From an uncultured Gemmatimonadales bacterium (GTDB taxonomy: Bacteria; Gemmatimonadota; Gemmatimonadetes; Longimicrobiales; RSA9), in NCBI GenBank assembly GCA_963741945.1, contig CAVUKA010000004.1, positions 43,733 through 107,732 on the forward strand: a stretch of DNA of 64,000 nt, read 5' to 3'. Below, one piece after another: positions 27,952 to 36,900 of the stretch; position 1 is the stretch's first letter, and each line of letters opens with the position of its first letter. A program made the translations under genes and the position numbers. The notes beneath the pieces are model-generated. The model was not told where the DNA came from. It ran no database searches and saw nothing but the letters and a program-made list of their open reading frames with translations.

Positions 27952-29160
27952 ATGGACGTCATCGTCGTCGGAGCGGGCCCCGCCGGCTCCGTCACCGCGC
28001 TCCTCCTCGCCCGGTCCGGCTTCCGCGTCCTGCTCATCGACCGGGCCCCGTTCCCCAGGTCGAAGCCGTGTGGCGATTGCCTGAGCGCCGGCGCCACGAG
28101 CCTGCTCGCGCGCCTGGGTCTGCTCCAGGATGTCCTCGCTGAGCAGCCGGCGCGCATCTCGGGCTGGGACATCGTGTCTCATTCCGGCCGGACCGTATCA
28201 GGCCGCTTCCACGGCGACAGCGCCCTGGCCATCGACCGGCGCCGCTTCGATGCGGCCCTCCTCCGCGCGGCCCGCTCCGCCGGCGCCGCATTCGTCACTG
28301 CGCGCGTCGAGGACCTGGCGCCCGCCGGCGGTGCACGTGTCCCTGCCGGGATCCGCGCTCGGACCGCCGACGGCGAACGGATCCACGCGCGGGCGAGGCT
28401 GGTGGTGGGCGCGGACGGGCTCCGGTCCGTGGTGGCGCGGCGAGCCGGACTGGTCCGGCGTCGTCCCCGCCTCAGGAAGCTCTCCCTGACAGCGCACGTG
28501 TCCTCCACTGCGGTCCCCCCGGTCGGGACCATGCACCTGCTGCCGGGCGGCTGCGTGGGTGTCGCCCCCGTGGGCCGCGACCGGACGAACCTCACGCTCG
28601 TACTGGAGCAGCGGCACGCCGGCGGTCTGAGGGGAGCGGACGCGCCAGCGTTCTTCAGGTCGTGGCTGCAGCGTGCCCCGGGGATCGACGGGGCACTGGC
28701 CGAAGCGGACCCGGGCGAGCTGCTGGCTTCCGGCCCCTTCGATGTCCCGACCACGGCCGTGACCGCTCCCGGGCTCGCCCTGGTCGGCGATGCGGCAGGG
28801 TATTACGACCCGTTCACCGGGCAGGGGATCTTCCGCGCCATGGCGGGTGCCATGCTCCTCGCCCGCTGCGTCGCGCCGGCCCTCGGAAGCCCCGAAGGAC
28901 CGGAGCTCCCCCGGGCCCTCCGGCGCTACGCCCGGGCGCACGGCCGTCTCACCGCGCCCATGGTCCGGCTGCAGCGGGTGATCGAGGCCGTGCTCTCCCG
29001 GCCCGCCATTGCCGAGCCGGTGCTGGCCCGGCTCGCCCGCGCGCCGGACGTCATGGACCGACTCCTGCAGGTGACCGGGGATCTGCGGACGCCCCGGTCG
29101 CTGCTGACGCCGGCCATGCTGTGGCGCTTCGCCTTCCCCTCCACTTCCGGAACACCATGA
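27952..29160 (+). CDS. FAD-dependent oxidoreductase (geranylgeranyl-reductase / aromatic-hydroxylase fold)
   Basis: MDVIVVGAGPAGS dinucleotide-binding motif at the N-terminus, from ATG 27952. GDAAGYYDPFTGQGI is the conserved FAD motif of the GGR family. Confidence 0.85.
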   Translation: MDVIVVGAGPAGSVTALLLARSGFRVLLIDRAPFPRSKPCGDCLSAGATSLLARLGLLQDVLAEQPARISGWDIVSHSGRTVSGRFHGDSALAIDRRRFDAALLRAARSAGAAFVTARVEDLAPAGGARVPAGIRARTADGERIHARARLVVGADGLRSVVARRAGLVRRRPRLRKLSLTAHVSSTAVPPVGTMHLLPGGCVGVAPVGRDRTNLTLVLEQRHAGGLRGADAPAFFRSWLQRAPGIDGALAEADPGELLASGPFDVPTTAVTAPGLALVGDAAGYYDPFTGQGIFRAMAGAMLLARCVAPALGSPEGPELPRALRRYARAHGRLTAPMVRLQRVIEAVLSRPAIAEPVLARLARAPDVMDRLLQVTGDLRTPRSLLTPAMLWRFAFPSTSGTP

Positions 29161-29684
29161 TACGCATCGACGAGCACAGCACTGCCGCCCCGCCGGAACG
29201 TGTCTTTCTCGCCGCCGCCGATGTCGAGCGCTGGCCCGACATCCTGCCGCACTATCGACGGGTGCGATTCCTCCGCATGGACGGGTTCGGCCATGGTGTG
29301 GTCGAGATGGCCGCATGGCGGGATTTCGCCGGGCCGCTCCGCTACCCCACGTGGTGGGTCTCGCAGATGGAGGCCGATGCCGGAACTCCGATCATCCGGT
29401 ACCGCCACATCGATGGCGTGACTGCCGGCATGGACGTGCGCTGGGAGTTCCTCCCCATCGCCGGCGGTACGCGCGTACGCATCGTGCATGAGTGGGACGG
29501 CCCTCCGTGGCCCGTTGTCGGCTCCATCGCCGCCTCCGTCGTGATCGGCCCCTTCTTCGTCAGCTCCATCGCACGGCGCACGCTGGCAGGAGTCTGTGCC
29601 GAAGCCGAGCACGGCGTGGGGACGTCCGCACCACAGTCCGGCCCGCCGCGCACACGCCGGGAGGGGGCGGGTCACCATGCGTGA
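29157..29684 (+). CDS. SRPBCC-superfamily protein (polyketide cyclase/dehydrase-like)
   Basis: ATG 29157 overlaps the upstream stop (ATGA). About 145 aa show a START/Bet v1-like pattern (PERVFLAAADVERWPDILPHY ... GTRVRIVHEW), followed by a low-complexity tail. Confidence 0.7.
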   Translation: MIRIDEHSTAAPPERVFLAAADVERWPDILPHYRRVRFLRMDGFGHGVVEMAAWRDFAGPLRYPTWWVSQMEADAGTPIIRYRHIDGVTAGMDVRWEFLPIAGGTRVRIVHEWDGPPWPVVGSIAASVVIGPFFVSSIARRTLAGVCAEAEHGVGTSAPQSGPPRTRREGAGHHA

Positions 29685-30945
29685 GTCGATGCGTGAGTCG
29701 AGCGAAGGACCGCCCTATCGCGTGGCCATCACGGGGATCGGTCCGATAACGGCCGTGGGGACCGGACGCGACGCGTTCCTGCATGGCCTGCGGGAGGGGC
29801 GCTCTCCGATCCGCCTGGCCACGCGCTTCGACCCGTCGCCCTGGCGGTCGAAGCTGGCGGCCGAAGTGGACGACTTCGACCCGGCCGACTACATCGACCC
29901 GCGCCAGGTCCGCCGCCTCGACCGCTTCATGCACTTCGCCATCGGCGCCACTCGCCTGGCGCTCCGCGACGCCGACCTCGATCCCACCGAGCCCGACCCC
30001 GATGCCGTGGCCGTACAGTTCGGCTCCGCCCTCGGCGGCATCGCCTACGCCGAAGAGCAGGTGCGCAACCTCCGCGACGGCGGCACCCGGGCCGTGGATC
30101 CCCGCGTGGCGCTGACCACGTTCTGCGGCGCGGCAAGCTGCGGCGTCGCCATCGAGTTCGGCTTCACCGGCCCGAACGCCACGAACGCCATGTCCTGCGC
30201 CTCCGGCACCATCGCCGTCGGTGAGGCCTTCCGGCTGATCCGTGAGGGCACGAGCGATCTGGCCGTGGCCGGCGGCGCCGAAGCTCCGCTCGCCCCGCTC
30301 TCGTTCGGCGCTTTCGCCCTGATCCGGGCCATGAGCACCCGCAACGAGGAGCCCGAGCTGGCGTGCCGCCCCTTCGACCGCGATCGCGATGGGTTCATCA
30401 TGGGGGAAGGCGCCTGCGCGCTGGTGCTGGAGCGATGGGATCACGCCATCGCTCGTGGCGCCCGCATCTATGCCGAGATCGCGGGCTACGGGACCACGAA
30501 CGACGCCCACCACATGACGGCGCCCCGCCCGGACGGCCAGCAGGCCGCACGCGCCATGCGCCTGGCCCTCCGCTCCGCCCGGCTCTCGCCCGACGACGTG
30601 GATTACGTGAACCCCCATGCCTCGTCCACCCCGCTGAACGATTCCACGGAGACGCTCGCGATCAAGAAGGTGCTCGGTGAGCACGCATACCGTGTCCCGG
30701 TGACCGGCACCAAGCCGTTCCACGCCCACGCCCTCGGCGCTTCCGGCGCCATCGAGATCGGCGTCGCCTGCCTCGCCTTCGAGAACGACTGGCTCCCGCC
30801 GACCCTCAATTTCACCGATGGCGGCGACGACTGCGACCTCGACTACGTGACCGGGACCGGCCGACCGTTCCACGGCAGCGTCTGCCTCTCCAATTCTTTC
30901 GGCTTCGGCGGCATCAACGCGTCCCTCGTCCTTAGGAGGCGGTAG
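29677..30945 (+). CDS. Beta-ketoacyl synthase, FabF/KAS-II-like
   Basis: ATG 29677 is preceded by GGGAGGGGG and overlaps the SRPBCC gene by 8 nt. Active-site Cys in NAMSCASG; His in AHHMTAP and NPHASSTPLND; C-terminal GTKPFHAHALGASGAIE and NSFGFGGINASL. Confidence 0.88.
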   Translation: MRESMRESSEGPPYRVAITGIGPITAVGTGRDAFLHGLREGRSPIRLATRFDPSPWRSKLAAEVDDFDPADYIDPRQVRRLDRFMHFAIGATRLALRDADLDPTEPDPDAVAVQFGSALGGIAYAEEQVRNLRDGGTRAVDPRVALTTFCGAASCGVAIEFGFTGPNATNAMSCASGTIAVGEAFRLIREGTSDLAVAGGAEAPLAPLSFGAFALIRAMSTRNEEPELACRPFDRDRDGFIMGEGACALVLERWDHAIARGARIYAEIAGYGTTNDAHHMTAPRPDGQQAARAMRLALRSARLSPDDVDYVNPHASSTPLNDSTETLAIKKVLGEHAYRVPVTGTKPFHAHALGASGAIEIGVACLAFENDWLPPTLNFTDGGDDCDLDYVTGTGRPFHGSVCLSNSFGFGGINASLVLRRR

Positions 30946-31056
30946 GCGACAGCGCCGCTGCGGACGTCACGCGACCCTCTTCTCCCCCCACTCCCGCCCC
31001 CCCGGTCGCGGCCGCATCCCCCTTTCCCCTCTCCCCGGGTCGGGCCACCTTCCGGC

Positions 31057-32019
31057 ATGATCCCTGTCCTCTTAGGCCGGCTCCTGGGGCTGTCGTTCGC
31101 GTGCGGCCTCAACCTGTACATCACCGTGGCCGCCCTAGGCATCCTCTCCCGCACCGGGCTGATCCAGCCGCTCCCCCCGGGGCTGCGCGGCCTGGAGTCG
31201 ATGATCGTGATCGGGAGCGCCCTGGCGCTCTACGTGGTCGAGGCCGTGGTCGACAAGGTCCGCCACGCCGACTCCCTCTGGGACGCCGTACACACTTTCA
31301 TCCGTCCGCCCGCCGCCGCTCTCCTGGCCGTGGGCGCCCTGTGGGGGCATTCCGCCGTCGCCGTGACCGCCGGCGCCACCCTCGCCTTTCTCGTCACCCT
31401 CGCCGCCCACGGCACCAAGGCCGGCGTGCGGCTCGCCCTCAACGCCGCAGCACAGCCACGCGGCAACGCGTGGATCAGCGTCATGGAGGACCTCGCCGCC
31501 ATCCTCTTCGCCGTGGCGGCCTTGCAGTATCCCTCCACCGCGCTGGCCACCGGCACCGTCGTGCTCCTGCTCGTGGCCATTTTCGGACCCCGGTTCTGGC
31601 GGGCTTTCCTCTTCGGGCTGCGCTGCGTCATCGCCTGGATCCGCGCGCTCTTCGCTCCGCCACGGTGGCACGAGGAGGCCGAGATCCCGCGGAAGCTCCG
31701 TCGCCTGCTGGACGAGCGGCCGCTCGGCAGCCCCCCGAATCGCGGCATGCGGGTGGCCCTCCACGGACTCCGCGGCATCGGGTCGTACCGCGCCGGCTGG
31801 CTCGTGCTCACCTTCGACGGGCCCGTCTTCCTCTACCGCGCCCTGTTCCGTACCCGCCGTGTCGACCTCCCGCCGATCCGGGCGGTGGAGGTGCAGAGGG
31901 GCACGTGGGCGAACATCGTCCGCGTCTCCGCCGGCGATGACGAGTTTTCCCTCTACCTCCTCAAGGACGGACCTGCTCCGGAGGCCGCCGCCGCGGAACT
32001 CGTCGTCGTGCCCGCCTGA
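31057..32019 (+). CDS. Integral membrane protein (DUF4126-like) with C-terminal bacterial PH-like domain
   Basis: About 200 aa of TM helices (GLNLYITVAALGIL ...), then a soluble tail (GWLVLTFDGPVFLYRALFRTRRVDLPPIRAVEVQRGTWANIVRVSAG) resembling bPH_2-type domains. Domain names are from memory. Confidence 0.6.
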   Translation: MIPVLLGRLLGLSFACGLNLYITVAALGILSRTGLIQPLPPGLRGLESMIVIGSALALYVVEAVVDKVRHADSLWDAVHTFIRPPAAALLAVGALWGHSAVAVTAGATLAFLVTLAAHGTKAGVRLALNAAAQPRGNAWISVMEDLAAILFAVAALQYPSTALATGTVVLLLVAIFGPRFWRAFLFGLRCVIAWIRALFAPPRWHEEAEIPRKLRRLLDERPLGSPPNRGMRVALHGLRGIGSYRAGWLVLTFDGPVFLYRALFRTRRVDLPPIRAVEVQRGTWANIVRVSAGDDEFSLYLLKDGPAPEAAAAELVVVPA

Positions 32020-32126
32020 GCCGGCGCCGCCCCCAAGTTCCCGGGAAACAGTGGTTTACACGGAATCCATGGCCGGCCAACGGCCGGTTCTCCCCGCCGT
32101 TCCGCCATTTTCCGGTGCTGCCAGGG

Positions 32127-32155
32127 TTTACACAATTCCGGGTTTGACCTATACT
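32127..32155 (+). promoter_or_regulatory. Candidate sigma-70 promoter of the second sigma gene
   Basis: TTTACA (32127-32132), a 17-nt spacer, then TATACT (32150-32155). It sits in a locally AT-richer 291-bp gap. The -35 lies inside one of two GGTTTACAC direct repeats (32053 and 32125). Confidence 0.45.
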
Positions 32156-32245
32156 TGTTCATTCTATGGACTGATCATCCTCCAAGGGCTTGCCGAGTGC
32201 GGATCCCTCGTAAGCAGTCCGACATTCAACGGTCCACTTCTTGGT

Positions 32246-32286
32246 GCAGCGGGTTCCGGGTGCCGGCCGGTATCGCTGCATTTTTT
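32246..32286 (+). terminator. Intrinsic-terminator-like hairpin plus T6 tract inside the sigma gene leader
   Basis: GCAGCG (32246-32251) pairs with CGCTGC (32274-32279). An inner CCGG/CCGG tier adds to the stem. The hairpin is followed by ATTTTTTGT (32280-32288), 24 nt before ATG 32310. Confidence 0.5.
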
Positions 32287-32309
32287 GTCTCCACCACCCT
32301 GAGCCTTCT

Positions 32310-33170
32310 ATGTTCGTGAACTCTCGCGCGCTGGACTCCTTCGACCAGTACCTCTTCGACGTGGAGAAGTACCCGCTCATCGAAGATCCGATGGAGGAGC
32401 GCCATCTGGCCGCCCGGGCCCGTGAAGGGGACAAGGAAGCCGCCGAGCGGCTTGTCACGGCCAACCTGCGGTTCGTCATTTCATACGTGAAGAAGTACCA
32501 GGGCCGCGGCCTCGGACTGGCGGAGCTGGTGTGTATCGGGAACGAGGGCCTGCTCAAGGCCGTGAAGAAGTTCGATCCCGACAAGGGCGTGAAGTTCATC
32601 TCCTACGCCGTCTGGTGGATCCGTCAGACCGTGCTCCAGGCGCTGGCGGAGCAGACCCGGTCCGTGCGGATCCCGCTGAACCAGAACTCGAATCTGGTCA
32701 AGCTGTCCCGCACGGAAACGGCGCTCACGCAGCTGCTCGGTCGCTCCCCCTCGGACCAGGAGATCGCCGAGCACATGGAGGAGCCGATCGAGACGGTGCG
32801 GGCACTGCGCCGCGTCGCAGCCTCCGAGCTTTCCCTGGACGCCCCCATCGATCGGGGCGATCGCGACAGCGCCTCGTTCGGGGAGCGGTTCGCGGGCGCG
32901 GAGAGCGAGGACATCGAGGAGAGCGTCGAGTCTCAGGCCCGGCGCGAGTTTCTCGACCGGATGTTCGACAAGTACCTGACCGAGCGCGAGCGCAAGATCC
33001 TCTACCTGTACTACGGCCTCGATGATGGCGAGGAACGGACCCTGGAGGAGATCGGCTCCCTTCTCGGCGTCACGCGCGAGCGGATCCGGCAGATCCGGAA
33101 CCGCGCGTTCGAGAAGCTGCGCGAAAGCGCCGACGGTGACGCCCTGTTCACCTTCTGGGCCGCCGAGTAG
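32310..33170 (+). CDS. RpoD-like sigma-70 family factor, short form (286 aa), paralogue of 16849-17736
   Basis: ANLRFVISYVKKYQGRGLGLAELVCIGNEGLLKAVKKFDPDKGVKFISYAVWWIRQTV; region 4.2 TLEEIGSLLGVTRERIRQIRNRAFEKL. ATG at 32310 (MFVNSRALD). Confidence 0.88.
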   Translation: MFVNSRALDSFDQYLFDVEKYPLIEDPMEERHLAARAREGDKEAAERLVTANLRFVISYVKKYQGRGLGLAELVCIGNEGLLKAVKKFDPDKGVKFISYAVWWIRQTVLQALAEQTRSVRIPLNQNSNLVKLSRTETALTQLLGRSPSDQEIAEHMEEPIETVRALRRVAASELSLDAPIDRGDRDSASFGERFAGAESEDIEESVESQARREFLDRMFDKYLTERERKILYLYYGLDDGEERTLEEIGSLLGVTRERIRQIRNRAFEKLRESADGDALFTFWAAE

Positions 33171-33318
33171 CCGTCCCGCTCCCAGCGTTTCCGGGCCCGC
33201 CAGACCTTCACTCTCTGGCGGGCCCTCTTCTTTCCACGCGAAGCCGCGAAGGCCGCGGCGGACGCAGCAGGCATACGACGCCGCCCCCAACCGAACGGCC
33301 GTACGCGTATCCGCCCCG

Positions 33319-33458
33319 TTCTCTCCGCGCCCTCCGCGTCTCCGCGTGAGACGGGTTTCTCCGCGCCCTCCGCGTCTCCGCGTGAGACGGGGTTTCTCCG
33401 CGCCCTCCGCCGCCTCCGCGTGAGACGGGTTTCTCCGCGCCCTCCGCCGCCTCCGCGT
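33319..33458. repeat. Tandem direct repeat, about 37-bp unit x about 3.7
   Basis: The unit is ttctccgcgccctccgcgtctccgcgtgagacgggt. The gtgagac landmark occurs at 33346, 33382 and 33420. The first two units contain the hairpin cgtctc-cgcgt-gagacg followed by ggtttct. The array lies between the convergent sigma and ssb genes. Confidence 0.88.
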
Positions 33459-33467
33459 CCTCCGTCC

Positions 33468-33872
33468 TCAGGCCTCGACCAGCTCCGTCTGCTCCTCCTC
33501 GGCCTCGGTGTGATCCAGGGCCGTGCTGTTGAGGTTGCGCCCGGAGGCGGAGCCGAGCATCACGAGCTCCCGGACCACCACTTCCGCCGTGGGGATGGTC
33601 ACGCCATCCCGCTCGTAGGAGTCGTACTGCATCCGGCCCTCGATGTAGAGGCGGTCACCCTTGCGGACGTACTCGCCGGCCAGCTCGGCCAGCCGGTCCC
33701 ACACGGTCAGCCGGTGCCAGTCCGTCCGTTCATCGAAGCCGTTGTCGCGCGGGATGCGGCGGCTGGTGGCCAGGGAGAAATGGGCCACCTTGTGTCCGTT
33801 GGACGTGGACTGGATCTCCGGATCCCGCCCCACGTTCCCCACCAGGATGAGCTTGTTGACCGAGCGCGCCAT
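33468..33872 (-). CDS. ssb: Single-stranded DNA-binding protein
   Basis: OB fold MARSVNKLILVGNVGRDPE ... TDWHRLTVW ... YVRKGDRLYIEGRMQY. ATG at 33872. Short, with an acidic tail ending EEEQTELVEA. Confidence 0.88.
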   Translation of the reverse strand: MARSVNKLILVGNVGRDPEIQSTSNGHKVAHFSLATSRRIPRDNGFDERTDWHRLTVWDRLAELAGEYVRKGDRLYIEGRMQYDSYERDGVTIPTAEVVVRELVMLGSASGRNLNSTALDHTEAEEEQTELVEA

Positions 33873-33982
33873 GGCTGCCTCCACGAGAGGGTCCCGGCCC
33901 CGACCACCGGGGCCATCGACCGCCATCATGGGGCGCGATCCGGGGCACTCCCATGGCGCAACAGGACGACCTGCCGGAACCG

Positions 33983-36900
33983 CTACGACGCGTCGGCTTC
34001 CGCGGTGGCACTCAGGCTCAGAGCGGCCGCCGTGTCGCGCCGGTTGCCGGTGAGCCAGAGTCCGAGCCGCTCCGCGCCGGTGTTGAAGATCATGTAGGCG
34101 CTCGGCACCACGAACAGCGTCAGCAGGGTGGACACGCTGAGGCCGCCCACCACCGCAAGGGCCAGGGGCTGCATCAGCTCCGACCCCTGTCCGATCCCCA
34201 GCGCCAGCGGGAGCATACCGAAGGCCGTCGTCAGTGTGGTCATGAGGATGGGTCGCAGCCGCACCGCGCCCGCCTCTACCACTGCTTCCGCCCGGCTGAG
34301 GCCACGGGCCCGGCCCTGCTCCGTGTACTCCACCAGCAGAATGGCGTTGTTCACCACGATCCCCGCAAGGAGGATCACGCCGAGGAGCACGGGCGCGCTG
34401 AGTGGCGTCCCCGTGATGCCGAGGAGGAGTCCCACGCCGATGAGGGAGAGCGGGATGGCCAGCAGGATGACGAACGGGTTGACCACGCTCTCGTACTGCA
34501 CGGCCATGACCACGAAGACGAGGAAGATGGCGAGCATCACCACGATGGCGAGCTGGCGGTTGTTCTCACGCATCGCCTCGGCTTCACCGCCGTAGATGAT
34601 CCCGTACCCCTCGGGCAGGTCCAGCCCCGCCAGCCGTGCGCGGATCGAGTCGTTCACCGCGCCCACGCTCGCCACTTCATTGATCACGTCGCCCGTGAGC
34701 CGGAATGTCCGGTTCTGGTTCACCCGCAGGATCGTGGTGGGGCCCAGCGTATTGTTGACCGTGGCCACGTCGCGCAGGTAGATGGGCGCCCCGCCCGCGG
34801 CCCCGGGGAAGAGCGCCACACCGCCCAGGTCCTCCGGGCTCTTGAACCGGTCGCGCGGGAACATGACCCGCATGTCGTACTCGTGGTTCCCCGCCGTGAA
34901 CTTGCTGGCGATGGTCCCGTCCAGGGCGGTGCGCAGCGTCTGGCCGACAGTCGCCACGCTCAGCCCCAGGTACGCCGCGCGCTCCCGGTCCAGCTGCACG
35001 GACAGCTGCGGCGTGGCCTCTTCCTCGGACGGCTCCAGGTTCGCCAGCCCGGGCACGCCGCGCACCATGGCCACGATCTCGTCGGCCACGTGGCGCAGCT
35101 CGTTCAGGTCGTCGCCCTGGATGCTCAGCTCCACGGGTGATCCGGACATGGACGTGCGCAGGCCGCGGATGCGAGGTGGCCGTACGAAGATGCGGGCGCC
35201 CGGGAACCCGCGCGCGTCCACTTTCTGCTGCAGCTCCCTCACCCACTCGTCCGCGCTGATCTTCCGCTCCGTCACCGGCGCCAGCACCACCGTGATGCTC
35301 CCCCGCCCGCTGCGCTGGGCGGTGGAGCCGCCGAACAGGAAGCCGCCGGCAGTGGCGAACATGGTGCGCACGTCCGGCATCTGCCGGACCATGTCCTCCA
35401 CCTCCAGCGTCACGCGGTTCGTCTCCTGCGCGGACACGCCCGCCTGCATGGCCACGTACACGCCCACGTTGCCGTCATCGACCTGGGGGAGGAACTCGTT
35501 CCCCAGGTTGCGCGTCATCAGGAACGCCCCGACCAGGGCCAGCACCGCGCCACCGAGCACGGCCCAGCGCCACCGCACGGCCACCGGCGCAATGCGCCGG
35601 TAGAAGCTTCGCAGCCGCCCCATGCCGTTGTCGAACGCCACCAGCGGCCGCCAGTGCTCCAGTCCGCTCTCGAACCGGATCTTGCCCAGCTGCGCGGACA
35701 GCATGGGCACCACTGTCAGGGCCACCGTGAGGGAGCCGAGGATGGCGAAGGAGATGGTGAGGATCAGCTCCCGGAAGATCAGCGCCGCCAGTCCGCTGAT
35801 GAGGAGGAACGGGACCACGGCCGCCAGGTTGGTGGCCGTCGACGCCGTGACCGCGCTGGTGACCTCCGCCGCGCCCGCATGCGCCGCCAGCTCCGGGTCC
35901 TCGCTCCCCTCCTCCTTGTGCCGGAATATGTTCTCCAGCATCACAATGGAGTTGTCGATCAGCAGGCCCACGCCCAGGGCCAGCCCGCCCAGGGTCATGA
36001 TGTTGAGCGTCAGGTGCCCCAGTCCCATCATGATGAACGTGGCCAGGATGGCGATGGGGATGGCCAGCCCGATGATGAAGGTCTTCCGCAGTGACCCGAG
36101 GAACAGGAAGACCACCAGCATGGCGAGGAACGCGCCTGTCAGCGCCGCGCTCTGCACGGACCGGACCGAGCTGCGGATGAAGGTGGCCTGGTTCTGGATC
36201 GTGCGGTACTGGATGTCGCCCGGAACGAAGCCCGTCGCCGTGAGCGATTCCAGCCGCTGCTGCACCTGCTCGGCCACTTTCACCGTGTTGGCGTTCGGCT
36301 GCTTCCGCACCGACAGCTGCACGGCCGGGACACCGTTCATGCGTGACCAGAGCCGCTGCTCCTGGTGTGTGTCGCTGACGCTCGCCACTTCCGACAACGG
36401 GATCCGCCCCCCCCTCGCGGGAGACAGCAGCACCGATCGCACATCCGCCACGGTCTGGAATTTCCCCGCCGTCTTGCCCACCACCTCGCGCGTGGACGAT
36501 GCCACGTAGCCGGCCGCCACGTCCTGGTTGGCCGCGCGGATGGCATCGATGACCTGCGACACCGTGAGCCCGTAATGCCGCAGCCGCTCCTGGTCCAGCA
36601 CCACCTCGATCTCCCGGACCAGCCCACCGGCGACATCGACGGATGCCACGCCCGGAATGGTCAGCAGCTGCGGCCGGAGCCGGTACTCCACCCAGTCCCG
36701 CAGCGAGATCAGGTCTCTCGCCGGCGAGGAGAAGCCCGCTTCATAGACCGGCATCTGCGATGGGTCGAACTTGTACACCGTCGGCGGATTCGCTTCTTCC
36801 GGCAGCGCGCCCCGGGCCCGCTCCAGGTTCTTCGCCGCGTCCTGGAGCGCGAAATCGATGTCGGTGCCATAGGCGAAATGGAGGTTGACGCCCACGCGCC

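Noticed and set aside
33953-35140. 395-aa plus-strand ORF, and other plus-strand ORFs over 33983-39779
   Set aside because: They are antisense to the RND, MFP and TolC genes, which have clear family signatures. Their products are H/R/D/G-rich with no motif.
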